A stretch of DNA of 64,000 bases, taken from positions 24,986,001 to 25,050,000 of the forward strand of contig NC_092355.1 of assembly GCF_963676685.1 (NCBI RefSeq). Reading direction: 5' to 3'. Each line of letters begins with the position of its first letter. Position 1 is the stretch's first letter. The position numbers were made by a program, and so were the translations under genes. Source of the stretch: Mytilus edulis. Its lineage: Eukaryota. This document shows, piece after piece, positions 11,301 through 24,628 of the stretch. The notes under the pieces are model-generated. The model worked only from the letters and a program-made list of their open reading frames with translations, was not told the origin of the DNA and did no database searches.

Positions 11301-14300
11301 TTTCTTTACAAGATAATAGTAACTGAAAAATAATAAATGTGTCTTTCAGCATTTCAATGGTATTTTGTGTATTAAAATGCAAATGTCTAGTTAAACGATG
11401 ACATAACGCAAAATAAAAATAAATGTAGAAACTTACAGGTTAATTCTAGGACAAATTTACTTATATATCTCCATTTGTAACTGACAACACTATGCCAAAC
11501 CGTTTAAAAGAGGGACGAAAGATACCAAAGGGACAGTAAAACACATAAATCGAAAATAAACCGACAACGCCTGGCTAAAAATGAAAAAAACCAAACAGAC
11601 AAACATATAATTAATATATACATGTACCTGTTAAAGATATGGAAATGAAGCAGCTGTCGAGTAAGTTATTGTGGTAAGTAGATATTTTAATTTCTTCCAA
11701 AGTTTCAAAGTTGTGTGCGCGTTTAAAGGTTCTTTCGGTTTGTTTTGTTGTTTTGTTGTTTTGTTTTTGTTTTTTTGGTGGGGGGGAGGGGGGAAGTTGG
11801 GATTAGCAATATCCCATATCCCAAAAGTGCAATCCTTTTAATTCATTGTTTAAAATGAAAGTCCCGTATACCACATTTTAATATGCCATATGTTTTGCCT
11901 CTAATATGATGTTTATACTAATATTCTGTGCGAAATGAACAAATGTTTCCAACAATAACTTTATAATTGCATTATCGGATTTAACAGTTGATACTTTTAT
12001 CGGTGGATATGAATGTTTATATTGCCCTTTTCCTAATATTTCAATAAAAGTGCATATAGTTTAATTTTGGAGTGAACTGATAATTCCGGTTAAAATAGTC
12101 GTTCATATTTTTTCCCGTGGATTTAACTTTTTTCTGTTTTATACTGATATAATATATGATTTTAAAATCTTAATTCAAATGTTTTGATCAAATACCCATG
12201 TATGTAAGGACGTTTCGTTAAACAGTGTGGATGGTAAAGGATCTAGAATAGTTTATTGTTACTATTAAAATTTAAATTTATAACTGCCTCTCCGCTTATT
12301 CCCATATTATGTGACATTCCTAGTTCTTGGAAATTTCTGTATTTAAACATAGTTCGTGTTTTCCCCATTCCAAAATTTCCTGAAGCTTGCGGTTCACCCT
12401 TCCAATTTTATGATATACTTGTACGTAGCTGTTTTTATTAGAACTATTAATAATATACATGATATATGTACAAAAAGAAATGTCATAAGATGTTTGGACG
12501 TTTTAGTGATTAATTCATCACCATAATTTCTTACCCACAGTTAAAACACGAACGACTATTTGTAAAGAAGATACTTTTGTTCTTGGGTATCAATTTATGA
12601 TGTTTGACATCAATTTCTTTTATAAAATCATTGAGTATATATCATGTCTATTTAAATGAGTATCAACTTTGTAAACCAGTAACCTCAATATCTTTTACTC
12701 CACTCTTACTGACTATAACCTGTTTGAACGGGACTGAATGATGTCCAATACTAACTTATAGAATAGAAATACTAGGTTAATAAGCGGGCGGTAGTGCAGG
12801 ATAAAATGGATATATAATTTGTGTTATCAACTCTAATATATTGAATCTACAATCTTGTGAGCAACTCTTATTGGTTTTATCAAAAAGCCTTTTGAATCCT
12901 TGGTCGCTTTTTGCATGATGTATAGGTATTATTGGTATTATTGGTAACTGATATACAATTTTATGAGATCTTTTCTCTCTAACCAACACATTAACTTCGG
13001 CATATTTTTGTATTAACAAATAATCCATAAATCGAAACTCATTTAAATAAAAAAAAAATATTCACAAATCACCACAAAGAAGAGGCAACCATGTGAATCA
13101 GAAACATTCTTCTAAAGTCCGGTGATAACATTCATACTTTCAGGTAGTCTGTTATTTCGCGAACAGTAAAAGTAAAATGAACAAAATAACTGCGGAAACA
13201 CAATAACCAGTTATTATGAAAGTCATACCTTGTAAGTTTGTGGCTTCTGTAGTGAGTACAGCCTTTTCTTGAAATCCAATACCGCTTGCCTCTATGAACA
13301 TGTACCATGACCCCTCGGCTGCTGAATTAGGACCAGTGTCAGGCGTAGGGGTAGAATTCTAAAGCGACAACAGTTAAAACATAAAAAACAATAATATTAA
13401 TATTCATTTCTATCCACGTTTATGTACAAAAACATGTTGAAGGTGAACCTTATAAACTTATAAACTACCAAGCCTTGTAAGAGAGGGACGAAAGATACCA
13501 GAGGGACGAAAGATACCAGAGGGGCGAAAGATACCAGGATTAAAACTTTGTCAACTAGATTGATCAATACCGCCCGAACTATAAAATTTATAAAAGTACG
13601 ACGTTGCAGGGCATCGACGACCAATTTTTACAAAAGGGTTTTCCATATACAATTAAGGAATAAAATTGAAAATGAAAATCTATTTCAGAGGTTTAAACCC
13701 CTTGTTTTTGAAAATTCAAAACCATGAGCATATCAATTAACTAATTCACACAACTTACGTGTAAAACAATGTACATGTCTCAATCAATAGACCATGACTA
13801 ATGAAATTATGTCATATCAGGTTTTCGATACGAAATGTGCAAAGACTTATACAACTGTATACCCAATAAAAGGTATAAAACCACTAATTCAGGCCCAGTC
13901 GGAAAGAACATACAAGAATGTAATACATATTCTAAACAATATATGTCCTACACATAGCTGTATCACTGTCAATAGGTTAAATATTTAAATAGTTTTTTGG
14001 TATCAAATGAAAGCTTGGGGACTACGGATTACTGTAGAACCCTTGTTGAAAGTTTCTTATGATTATTAAACAAGTATATAAAACTATAATAAAAAGAAAC
14101 ATTGCCCTGTTGTTCAGATAACAAGTACCTGTTTTGTACTATCAAACATAAGGGAACCAGTACACTCTAGTATGCAATTAACGGTATGTTGAATTTTTCC
14201 TCACAAGTCAGGATAAGGTATAGTTTTGAATTGAAATTACTGCCACTTTATTTGAACTTCAGACAAAGTTGCCATTAATGCTTGAAATTGGTTTTATACC

Positions 14301-17105
14301 ATAATTGAGTAACCGCAGCACGTTTTTCTTATTGTAACAGTTGCTAACTATGTCGCAATGACCTTAACCTATGGCCATGTTAACTCAGGATCGATTGTGG
14401 TCTATGTTTGTAATTACATCTCGTAAGCTCACAGGTTATGTCTATTCTCAGTCAAGTAAAGTCAACCTCTTGCTTAATAGTAACTAATATTATTGAAATC
14501 TTTTATTCTAGATTTGTATGTTCAAACCAGATTCGGTAAAGTGCAACCACTTTTATCGTCATTGAATATGAGTATCCATTTCCAACAGAGTATCCAATTT
14601 TCTCTCCATTTACTCGTTTTTTTTTTAATCAATTAAAGTTCTGATAGTTGCGTTTTACATAGGTAAACAATCAACCAATCAACCAACCAAAATGAGTTTG
14701 GTAACGGCAAAGACAAAATATTGCCATATCTAAATTTCGTTGTTGCCGTTTTGTGCTGTTGAAAAAGCGTAAACCAACAAACAACTAAGCAAACAATTTA
14801 GATTTTGGGGGGTAGGCATCTAGTTTTTGCATCATTGTACAACCTCCAATTATTTTTTTCTAACGCTTATTTGAGTTGTTAAAGATAGTAACATACTAAT
14901 CAAATTGTTTTTTTTATTCGAAAGCGTTACCAGTTAGTTTTGAACTTGTGTGTCTAAATATCCATTTGCTATCTCCTTTTCTTTTTAAAACTAAACATCA
15001 TGTAGAAATGGTCGGGAATTGTACGACTTTCTGTTAAAAGTAAACTTGTTTTTGTTAAAGAACTTACAGCTTTCCGAGTCCAATCAAAATCATCCTGACT
15101 AGATTGTTTGAAAAAACATTGTTCAGTTGTCTCAAATCCACAGTTGTGCTTTATTTCTGGTATAACTGTAAATAATATTAAATCGTATTATGTTTAAGTC
15201 GATGGAATCATATATTAATATGATCAATCAGTAATAACTGTACATCTAATTCAGGGGTGTCTTTTGTCTATTTTGATTTAAATTTTACTACAACATACGT
15301 ACAATGTAGCATGTCGAAAAATATAATAAAAACTGTTTGTGTTCATATTTGTTGCTTTTAATTTTGCATCTGTCCCAACCAATAAGAATATACAACATGT
15401 ACAAATTGAAATGATTATCTGTCGATGGTTCTGTGATTCAGGAATCATTTTTGCTAAATTTATTCTACTACTACTATATTTGTCGACTTAATTAGCAGTT
15501 AACGTTACAGTCAAAACAAATAAAATAGCAGTATGAAGACATCATTAAGAACAAGGTCGCCCTACAAACAATCTACCTTAATTGTTTGGTCTTCAACGGG
15601 AAAAGTTCAAATCGGATAAAGTTTGTATAAATATGTTGATTTTAGATTTAATATGACGTTGTTGTTGCATGCACTAGTCGCCACTTTCTTTGAAGTCGAG
15701 TACCAACTATGTATGAAAGAGGAATAAAACACTTTTCTATGAATTGTTTCAAAAACAACTTTTACAGTTCAATATTATTTGCAACGTGGTAGCATGGTAT
15801 TTTATTCAAACTTGCCTTTGGATTCCTCCTCTCCGCAACATGGCTTTTCGTTGCAGCATCTGCCCTTATTAATCCATCCTTGTCCAAACTTTTGTTCACA
15901 CGTAAGACCTTTTGTTCCACATTTACCTTTAGAAGCCAGACATTGTCCAGTGAGTACTAAAGAGAACAGTACATCGATACAATATGATATCATTCGCTCT
16001 TGTTTATTCAGTGATGATGTATTACATGTTTTAATACTAAAGATATAAGTTCATAAAATGATAACAATTTCATTATTGAAAAAGTGCTAAATATTACCGT
16101 CAAATTGCTCAAAATTTATTTCGGCAGTTATTCTAGCAAATAGATAGAGATATACCTTCCAAGCTCTAGTATAACTTATTATCAGATCAAACATGGTATT
16201 TCACAGAATTTTGAGGGAAACATGGAAAAAATACATCTAAAAAAGAAGATGTGGTATGATTCACAATCATATTTATAATATTACCTACGTAAAATATAGG
16301 ACATAAATAAAAATGTGATATTTTTTAGAAAAGTGTGGATTTTTAATGTGTTATGATATTGTGGTATTTATAGTTTCTTGAAAACAACACCTCTCATTTT
16401 AATCTCCGCTGCCGGGGTTAAAAGCTGAAATCAGAATGTAAGTATCTACTTTCGTTTTCTTCAATTACTACTGTAACACGACACCTTACTTACACGTAAC
16501 TTATGAGTTAAGAGTACCCTTGCCAATTTGTTCGAATTGTTCACTATGTGCATACATATTCCTCTAAGCAGGGTTTTGTTTTTGGTGAAATGTATTGAAT
16601 TGAACATTAAATGTAAATTGTTTAAAATTTACTTGCAAAATCTTATTTATCAATGTCAGCATCCCCAAAAAGGAGATATTGATAACTTTACAACGCTCAT
16701 ACGCATTTCTCTAGTGAGGCTTTTGAACATCAACATTTTTCGACCTGAGTTTTTATTCCTCTTTAAATGTCTCCCAAACTCTTGTGTTCACAAATGTTGT
16801 AAACAAATTATCGGTTGAAAGCAGTCTTGTACGCTAATACTATTTTGATTTAACTTTGTTTATCTTGGCAAACCAAGTTCAAAGTTATCTTGCACTTGGA
16901 CCTTGTTTTGACCCTCGCTCCAAATCTCAGCACTATACACGCCAAAACATAAGTTTTTGGTAGTCATAAAAGCAATTCTAAAAAATCGTTTTTGATCAAA
17001 TAGCGAACAAGCTATACTACATGTAGTTATGACAAACTTACTGCCGCCATGAGTCACATAAATTGTGCAGAGGATGATTACAATCCAGCAACAAAACTTC
17101 ATCAT
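8309..17105 (-). CDS. Secreted protein: signal peptide + Cys-rich defensin-like module + MAM domain, 233 aa; join(complement 17042-17105, 15816-15956, 15068-15165, 13229-13358, 10004-10185, 8309-8395)
   Basis: Six exons splice in frame (64+141+98+130+182+87=702 nt, intron phases 1,1,0,1,0) with AG acceptors and GT donors (one GC). MAM hallmarks: CGFE..C..DDFDWTR, TPTPDTGP, GSWYMFIEAS, CLSFQYHMKG, W..A.I, GDIAIDDITL..GTC. Confidence 0.9.
8758..9090 (-). repeat. 45-bp minisatellite (~7 copies) in the last intron of the MAM gene
   Basis: CAAG anchor at 8798, 8843, 8888, 8933, 8978, 9023, 9068. Confidence 0.95.
9398..9952. mobile_element. Non-autonomous TIR element (MITE, Kolobok-like TTAA context) with a nested hammerhead-bearing repeat
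   Basis: Left GGATGTACTTAGGTGAGGGTTT versus right AAAACCTCACATAAGTACATCC|TTAA. Confidence 0.65.
9496..9537 (-). ncRNA. Minimal type I hammerhead ribozyme motif (Penelope-like terminal repeat)
   Basis: Minus strand GTCA-CTGATGA-GTC-ttatgca-GAC-GAAA-CGCGCG-TC-TGGC: intact core, stem II, palindromic stem III, stem I. Confidence 0.8.
10004..10185 (-). CDS. MAM domain exon 3 (ACPWCLSFQYHMKGQHIDALEV...WKTATINIPQYSNLG)
   Basis: TTTTTTCCAG acceptor, GTATGT donor, CLSFxYHMxG motif; overlaps supplied ORF 9953..10153. Confidence 0.9.
13229..13358 (-). CDS. MAM domain exon 2 (NSTPTPDTGPNSAAEGSWYMFIEASGIGFQEKAVLTTEATNLQ)
   Basis: CTTTAG acceptor, AG|GTATGA donor, TP..TGP and YMFIEAS motifs. Confidence 0.9.
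15068..15165 (-). CDS. MAM domain exon 1 (VIPEIKHNCGFETTEQCFFKQSSQDDFDWTRKA)
   Basis: TTTACAG acceptor, GTAAGT donor, canonical MAM N-terminal motif. Confidence 0.9.
15816..15956 (-). CDS. Exon encoding defensin-like module C-x6-C-x6-C-x13-CC-x4-CC
   Basis: CTCTTTAG acceptor; ILTGQCLASKGKCGTKGLTCEQKFGQGWINKGRCCNEKPCCGEEESK; AAG|GCAAGT donor; symmetric phase 1-1. Confidence 0.85.
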
Positions 17106-17109
17106 AATT
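17042..17109 (-). CDS. Signal-peptide exon (MMKFCCWIVIILCTIYVTHGG)
   Basis: TTTCAG acceptor, ATG at 17105, hydrophobic core, A|GTAAGT donor (phase 1). Confidence 0.85.
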
Positions 17110-17265
17110 CTGAAATGAATATTCTTCTAATATTAAGTCTATATTCCGGATTATTGAGAAAGTGCTAATTACCAGAAGCAAGCGCAATGCACTTGTATTA
17201 CTTAACGATCAATTTTGATTGCTATTTCAAGCTCGAAAAAAACTAAAACTAAAGTCCAAACTTAC

Positions 17266-17342
17266 AAATAAGGACAACCTGACGGGTTTGGATTGTTTAA
17301 TATAACACTTTCAAGGTAGTATGCATTGAAGCGGTTTATACA
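17266..17342 (-). promoter_or_regulatory. Probable non-coding first exon and TATA-like box of the defensin-MAM gene
   Basis: Minus-strand GTAAGT donor at ~17260-17265, ~150 bp upstream of the signal-exon acceptor; GTATAAA at ~17335-17341. Confidence 0.4.
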
Positions 17343-18594
17343 TTTTGCTTTCGAATTATTTTAATACCTTATTACGACATTTTTTAATCAATTTTCATTT
17401 GTTTAAAGATGAAGTCGTTAACCGGGGTTTCCAAGTCTGCCGAATGCCAAAAATATTGAAAATATTGAGATCACCTCTTGTTTTATTTAATGGGATTACC
17501 ATGTTTTAGTTTTACATGATGTTCTTTGTGATTTGTTTAATGTCTGAGATGACTTAACCGATTACAGTCGTGTTTATTATTTATCATTAAAAAACCGTGT
17601 TTAAATATTTTTTTTTTGAATCCACAGTCGGTCAATTCTGATTTTAATAAAACAATCTTCGATGTAAATGTCAAAACACAACCAAGCTCGCCAGACATGC
17701 GTTTCCTCTACACAAGACACAACCGTGACGCTTAAATCAAAGAAGATGGAATGCCAAATAGATCAAAAAAAATATTTCTAAACAATTACTTTAAAATCAT
17801 CAAATGAATACACCCAATAAAATCATCAAATGAATACACCCAATAAAATCATCTTTTGTTTTCAGTCTTTCAATGCAAACTGGTCTGCAAAGTTTGTTAC
17901 TGGCATTACAGCTGTATTTTTGTATTTACTTGATTAAGGGCTTGTAACAGTTGTTATCAGACAGTTGTACGGAGAATGAAGTATTGAAACGGATGAGAAA
18001 AAAGGTTAGTGCAAAGGTGATGAATATATAGTTGCTTGTTAATCAATTATAAAAGGTTATTAATAGATACATCACGAACAGAGAACTAGTAAAGCACAAA
18101 ATGGACTTAATAAGAGCAATTTGTTCTTATTGAAACTGATTTTCTTCTGCTGGTATCTAGTAAAAAAAAAAGGTAATAAGAATTAACATTAACAAATGTG
18201 AAAAGAACGGCGGAAGATTTTCAAACTCATATGTCAAAAAAAGAACCTGCAATGCCATGCATGTTTTTTGCAATGTACCGTTTTAGAGTCAGGACAAAGA
18301 AACACACAAATAATAGCTATCGAAAGTTACCAGACTAACTATTTTATACGCCAGACGCGCGTTTCGTCTATATTTTAATACGCTCCCCCGTCAACATTTT
18401 TATACGTCAGACACGCGTTTCACCATTATGTGGTGTTCAAAGGTCGAATACAATGTATACATTAAAATAGATTACAAGTTGAGATTGGAACAAATAATGT
18501 TTTCAATCTTGTACAATGATTTAGCACAAAAATGCTTTCGGCTTGTCGCCAAAAAATTTATTTGTTTTTTTTTGTAAAAACAAAACCTTAGTCC

Positions 18595-19000
18595 GGAAAA
18601 AATCCACAAAACCTGTTCAGCAAGTTAACTTAATAACCAGTCATTTAGACTGGTCAAAGTTAAACTTTGACCATATTTATGACTGCTCTGACCAGTCCTA
18701 GGACCAAAATCTCGTTAACTAGAAAAGCGGACTTGGTCCTAGGACTGTTTGGATGTCTGCTTGGAAACAGGTCCGTTATTGATATAAGTTAATATCGAAC
18801 CAGTCCTGCAATAAGTTAACATAAGTTAACTTCGAAACCAGTCCTGCCATAAAGGTAACATAAGTTGACTTTGAAACCAGTCTTGCCATAAAGTTAACTT
18901 AAGTTAACTATGATTTGACAATTCCGATCGAAACCAGACCTGTTCTCAAGTTAACATTTGACTGGTCTGCTCAACTCTTAGTTAACTTGTAACCAGGACC
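18595..19000. repeat. Cluster of short AAGTTAAC / ACCAGTC motifs, likely subterminal repeats of a decayed DNA transposon
   Basis: Many AAGTTAAC(T) and CCAGTC/GACTGG motifs in both orientations. Confidence 0.5.
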
Positions 19001-20561
19001 GCTCTACATCGAGTTTTCAAAAATATTTTTAATATCGTTGTTTCTTGGTATAGACATCGAAAAATAAAGTAAAATAAATACTTCCGTTATATAAACAGGA
19101 TTAAATACATATATTTGTGAATAAAGTACGCATAAAACGTTGCTTGTTGTCCAAATTTATCCGTGATCTACCTTTCTATAAATTAAAAAACCGATCTTAG
19201 ATACAATGCAACCGGGGATTGAATATATATTCCATTACCTATCAAATTCAACCATATTTGCACTTTATTATGTATATCTGTATAGCCTCATAGTAATCAG
19301 CCATATTTTTATGTAGGGTGTGAAAGTATAATACAAATGAAAGCAATATTGGAAAACCATAACTACAAAATAGTCCCTGCAGACTAACTTGTACAACAAA
19401 ATTATTTTACTGCATCAACCTAAACTGACCATATTTGCACTTTATTATGTAAATCTTTATACCCGCATAGTAAATCAGTCATATTTTATGTCAGGATTCA
19501 ATGTATAATACAAATTATAGCAATATTGGAATACAATAACTACAAATTTTGATATATATTCATCATATCGAGTCTAGCAAGAGAAGCTTGTGTGTGTTTT
19601 ATATGCAATTCAAGAAAAGCCTGTACGGACTGCCTGTTCAGTTTAATTTATAGAATTTACATCCCATACGTATTTTCCGAATAGCCCATTTTAAATATTG
19701 CCGGTTCATTTATATCATTAAAATAATATGCATAGGTCATGTAGGTACCGAATAGAATAACCTTTTTTTTCAAGTGTTCATTTATTTATTAAATTACAAA
19801 GTTTTTAAAATTTCTGAACTTTTTTCCATTGAGAAAATATTGTTATTTTCTTCTAATAAATTACATTATCATTTTTGAACATGAACAATTAGTATGGTAT
19901 CCGTATATATCATCCTATTACCCAATATGCACATTTCCATTGACATTCTTTAACTTTTCTATGAATAATTTTTTAGCTGACATATATTAAAATAATTTCT
20001 AAATATATGTCCTCACTATACAGATGTTGATTTGGTGATGTTAAATTCTTAATTGAATTGATTTCAGAAATTCAAAGTTTTGAGAAAATATGATTTTGTG
20101 ACTCTTTCTATGCTGCGTTTTATCTTAAGTTTCGAATACTATTGTTTGTTTGTGTTGTATGGTCCATTTGAGGTTTTTTTTCCCCATGGCATTGTCAGTA
20201 TATTTTTGACAAATGAGTTTGTATGCCTAGATGACATAATTTGTCTCTCATCTTTGTGGTTTGAATTTTGAATTCGTGAATATACCGAAATACAGTTACG
20301 GTTTTGTTTTTGGTTGTTGATATATTTTATTGCATGATTTGAAATCTTGAGTATTATCGTCTACTTTATCACCAACAGCGTTTATTTTCAATGTTGGAAA
20401 AAAATAATGGAAAGATATATGTCATTGAGTTTTAAAATATCGCAGTTTGTCTATAATAATTTTGTTTAAAAGAGGGGCGAACGATACCAGAGGGCCATAC
20501 AAACTCATAGATCGTAAAAAAAACAAATTTATGTTTTATTTTTCTTTTTTTTTTTCTTGAA

Positions 20562-21664
20562 AGCCCAAGTCACAAAAGATCTTACGATTTTTTTGTCGTG
20601 GAAGATCTATAAAACAGATGTCATGGCACTGTCGTGCAAAATGTCAAAAGAATATTCCGATTGGTCACCTCAGCTACAACATGTCTACGATGGGTACACG
20701 ACTGAGAAAAAAGAATTGTAATTGACTGTCGTAGGTAAGTCGCAAGTCGGTCGTTCGACAGCCGTACGACAATCGTGAGTTGTTTGGGCTTATTATTCAG
20801 GTTTTTATGTCATGGGATGCTCGTGTTACTGTCGTGTCACTGTCGTGCTACTGTTGAACGACTGTCTTGAAACATGCCAGGCTCCATCCGCAATAATCCA
20901 ACGAAATTACTGGCAGATTCCCGCTCCAACTCTTGCATCAGTGTATACTATACTGCCGAAACATCAGGCGCCGTTCGATCCATGGCCCTATTCACCAACG
21001 TCGGGCGTTTCGCTGGTTTCTATACTGTTTACCGGTTCGAATCAACGCTGGCAGAACCATATTTTGCTCTTGCTGGATTGTCCGGCAAGGCGCCCATTCA
21101 GCAGGGCCAAGCGTAATCGTTCTAGTGGAATAGCCATCCTCTTTAAACGGCAGACGGTATGTTTTTCCAAACATTCATTTCGCCGAATTGTATTCTTCTA
21201 AATAAAACAAAAATATGGTGTACGACGAACGTACCACTGTCGTACGACAGACAATCAATGTTGTGCGAGCAGCGTTCGAAGTTTGGTATTCGTGAGACAA
21301 TCGTGCGTCTGTATCACGAGTGTCTTGCGACAAGCGTAGGATTGTCGTACGACAGTCGTGCAATAGTCATACGATATTTCTTTATTAAAATGGTTTATAT
21401 TGGTACCTTTGACAATGTGTTTATCGCACGACAGTCGTACGACTGTGGTAAGACACTATCACGACAGCCATCAGACAGTGACACGACAAAAAATCGTAGA
21501 AAAAAAGGTGCATGTCCTATTTTCGTCCCACGACACACGACAGGGCCACGATGCTCAAAATATCGTGCAACTGTCGTACGATGATCACAAATGATCCACG
21601 ATTTGTCCAGTTTTCATGTCGTGGCGCTGCATCGATGTGTCGTTGGTTCGTTGTGACCAGGGCT
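20562..21664. mobile_element. Non-autonomous PIF/Harbinger-like TIR element (~1.1 kb)
   Basis: Imperfect TIRs AGCCCAAGTCACAA / TTGTGACCAGGGCT; GC- and CpG-rich island with many GTCGTACGAC/ACGAC subterminal motifs; no transposase. Confidence 0.65.
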
Positions 21665-22159
21665 TAAGTTAATATTGAGAACAACAACATGTTGCAAATG
21701 TTTTACCATACAGAAGAATTCTATTGATGTATTTATGTCACATATTGTACCACTGAATAACAATTTAACTGTTGTGTTCCTTTCCACAAGAGTAACATTT
21801 AATGCTTTGAAATACTGACTGTATATTATTTGCAATTAATCATTGTATTTTAATACCAACAACTATTGTATTTTGTTTATTGGCTTATATTGAATATGTT
21901 TTTTTCTTCTTCAAATGTTGGCATACTAGATAGCTAAGTTGAAGACACGACATTGGCTTTAGAAAATATCAGGCTTGTGTTTGCACATCAAAATGAATAG
22001 GATAGAACTATTCCATTTAGAATTAAACCATTAAAATTTGATCAATCATTAGATTAAAAAATAATATTGATCAATTTAGAGTTCAAACTATTCTAGAATG
22101 TTTAAAACAATTAACAAAGGTTAGTTTCATGTCATTTTTGATCAACATAGAATAAGGTT

Positions 22160-22430
22160 GATGTCCACTACAAAACTTTTTGTCCACTACGAAACGTGTT
22201 GTCCACTATGAAACTCATCAAAATGTCAACTACGTAACTTCATATGTGAAGTACATTCTAATCTTTATCGATAGAAAAATGGTTCTCCAATTCACATAAA
22301 AAAAACGAGAACTTCCTAGTATATCAAGTAAAACAAACTGGAATGTCTATAGGAGACATTAAAGTGCAATAAGATGTGCGTTTAGAAGCAGTTTCGTTGT
22401 GGACAATTTCAAATGTCCCCTACAAAACAG
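22160..22430. repeat. GTCCACTACGAAAC short direct and inverted repeats, probable MITE remnant
   Basis: 3-4 direct copies at 22163-22235 and inverted copy GTTTCGTTGTGGACA at ~22391. Confidence 0.45.
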
Positions 22431-23133
22431 TACAGAAATTATGAAAATAATATCATTTTAAAGAGTATTTAAGATTGCACTTTTCATTTATAAACAGCTC
22501 TATAATAGAGATATTCAAAATAAATCTTGAAATAAAATCTAAGATAAGTTGATTTTCCATTTTTTTAGGTCTGAAATTCACACTTTTATTGAAAAACTCT
22601 CTAATACTGTATCAAGGTTTTCAAAAGCGACGCATATATTACAAGTACGCAATTCTTGCAGTTATTCTAGTTGGTAGTTAACGTTGGAACCAGTCCACGT
22701 TTAGTGGTATAATATTAATCTAGTACGAGTTTGTAATAATATGAATGGACTTGCTATCCAGGGAGGAATAATATTAATCGGTTCTTCAATACGAAAGTAA
22801 TGAGACACAAATCAGAAAAAATGTTTACTTCTACGGGGATCAGGGGTGATGTCTGACTAACCTCCCCATAGCACATTGTAAATGTAAATGACTTCAACCT
22901 TCACCCTAAGTCCATGATGTCACTCCATACCAAGTTTGGTATAAAATGACAGGTGATTATAAAACAGTTGGTCAAACATTCTTGGACTTTACACTGCTTG
23001 AAAAAATTATATGATTTCTTTAAAATGAGCAACAAATGAACTTTTTTATAGGCCAAGAAATAATTCAAAAGATAATTAAAGTAAATTCAATCAACCTAGA
23101 TTCATTTTTTTGCATCAATAAAATTTTATAATA

Positions 23134-24120
23134 AACAAGAAATAACTGTTACAGGATGCTGTAACGAGGTCTCCCAAACAAAGCTCCCATAATTCGTCAT
23201 TCCTATTGTCTCCTGAGTTTGGGTTAAGTCTAGTACTTAATGGTTCGGTGAAGATAAACATGATAAAGTGATATGCATATGTGACGCTTACGAAATTGAC
23301 CCTGTATGTCATTCAAATCTTTTTGAAATGACGAACAGAAATAAGGATGGTTCAGGAATGGGTATCTCAATCGTTTACAAGTTCTAAAACAGGAGGGGGT
23401 TGGAAGACCCCATGTTATATTGTCCAATTCATGAATATATGTGGTTTAGTGCGGGGATCTCGACTATTTGCAAGTTCTCAAACAGGAGGGGTGGGTGACC
23501 CAAATGACGGCACCTATATTTCATTGATTTGTTATATTGTCCAATACATGAATATATATGGTTAAGGGTGGGGAAATTGACCGTTTCCAAGTTCTCAAAC
23601 AGGCTGGGATGACCCAAATGACTACCCCATTATTTCATTTGATTTTTTAAATCGTCCCATACATGAATGTATATGGTTTTGGGGCGGGGATTTCGATGTT
23701 TTGAAGTCCTCAAACAGGAGGAGTTTGGTGACCCCAGGGACTCCCCCTATATTTTATTTTATTTCTTATTTTGTTCCATACACGAATATATATGATTCAG
23801 GGGTGAGGATTGCGATAAAAGCAAATTTTCAAATTGAAGAGGGAAGGGATGACCCCAATTGAATCACCCTATATTTTGTATTTGTTTTATTGTATTCATC
23901 TCATTAATGAAGACTACGTGTATCTATCACTTACTGTTTTCGAGTAATACTCATTTGAAAATAAAATCCCTTAGGTTTCTACAGTTAACCCCTGCCAACT
24001 TTAGGCCCCTCAAAATACCCCTAAATAGTCCCGAATGCACAAACGAAAGATTGATGGCTCCTCTAGTTAGTCGTACATTTTATGAAACCCTACGTAAATC
24101 CAACAAGCGGTCCGAGTTGT
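23134..24120 (+). mobile_element. Diverged copy of the HINE-like element at 4331-5832
   Basis: Shared start (ACAGGATGCTGT..CTCCCAAACAAAGCTCCCATAA), related central repeats, shared GAAGACT..TGTATCTATCACTTAC and ACATTTTATGAAACCCTA blocks. Confidence 0.7.
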
Positions 24121-24628
24121 CATCTTAGACGGTCAGACTTGTCTCTGGGACGAGTTGTTCCGCATTTCTTAAAACATTGACCTGATTTGTCAACGTTTTG
24201 TTCATGCATAAAATAACAACAAGGTCAGAGATAAACGGAATAATTTGATAATAGAAAGGAATTTAAATGTGCATACATTTTATTGATATCAATTAAATAA
24301 TCACATTCTTCTTAAACTTAAAGAATATCGTGATTAACAATACTTTCGCTTAATCGGACTGTATAAATTATCATCAGATATAGGATGATAGCATCAGGTA
24401 GCTTTAAAAACTGCCTAAAAATGAGTTTTAATATTACACAATTATTTTGATCGTCATCTGCAAAGTCTGGACAAAAACTGTTTTTAAGTCTTGTTTAGTT
24501 TTTTTTGTGTCCCCCCCTTTTTCAGGCTTGTTGACAGCCATTAATTCAGTACAATTTAAACTATTCCCTCGTACGTAAATCAGTTCTGATAAAACTTCTT
24601 TTTAAAACTCGAGATGGCTCGTATGAGA

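Noticed and set aside
20812-21594. Overlapping ORFs in a GC-rich island
   Set aside because: No recognisable domain; they lie inside a TIR-bounded non-autonomous element
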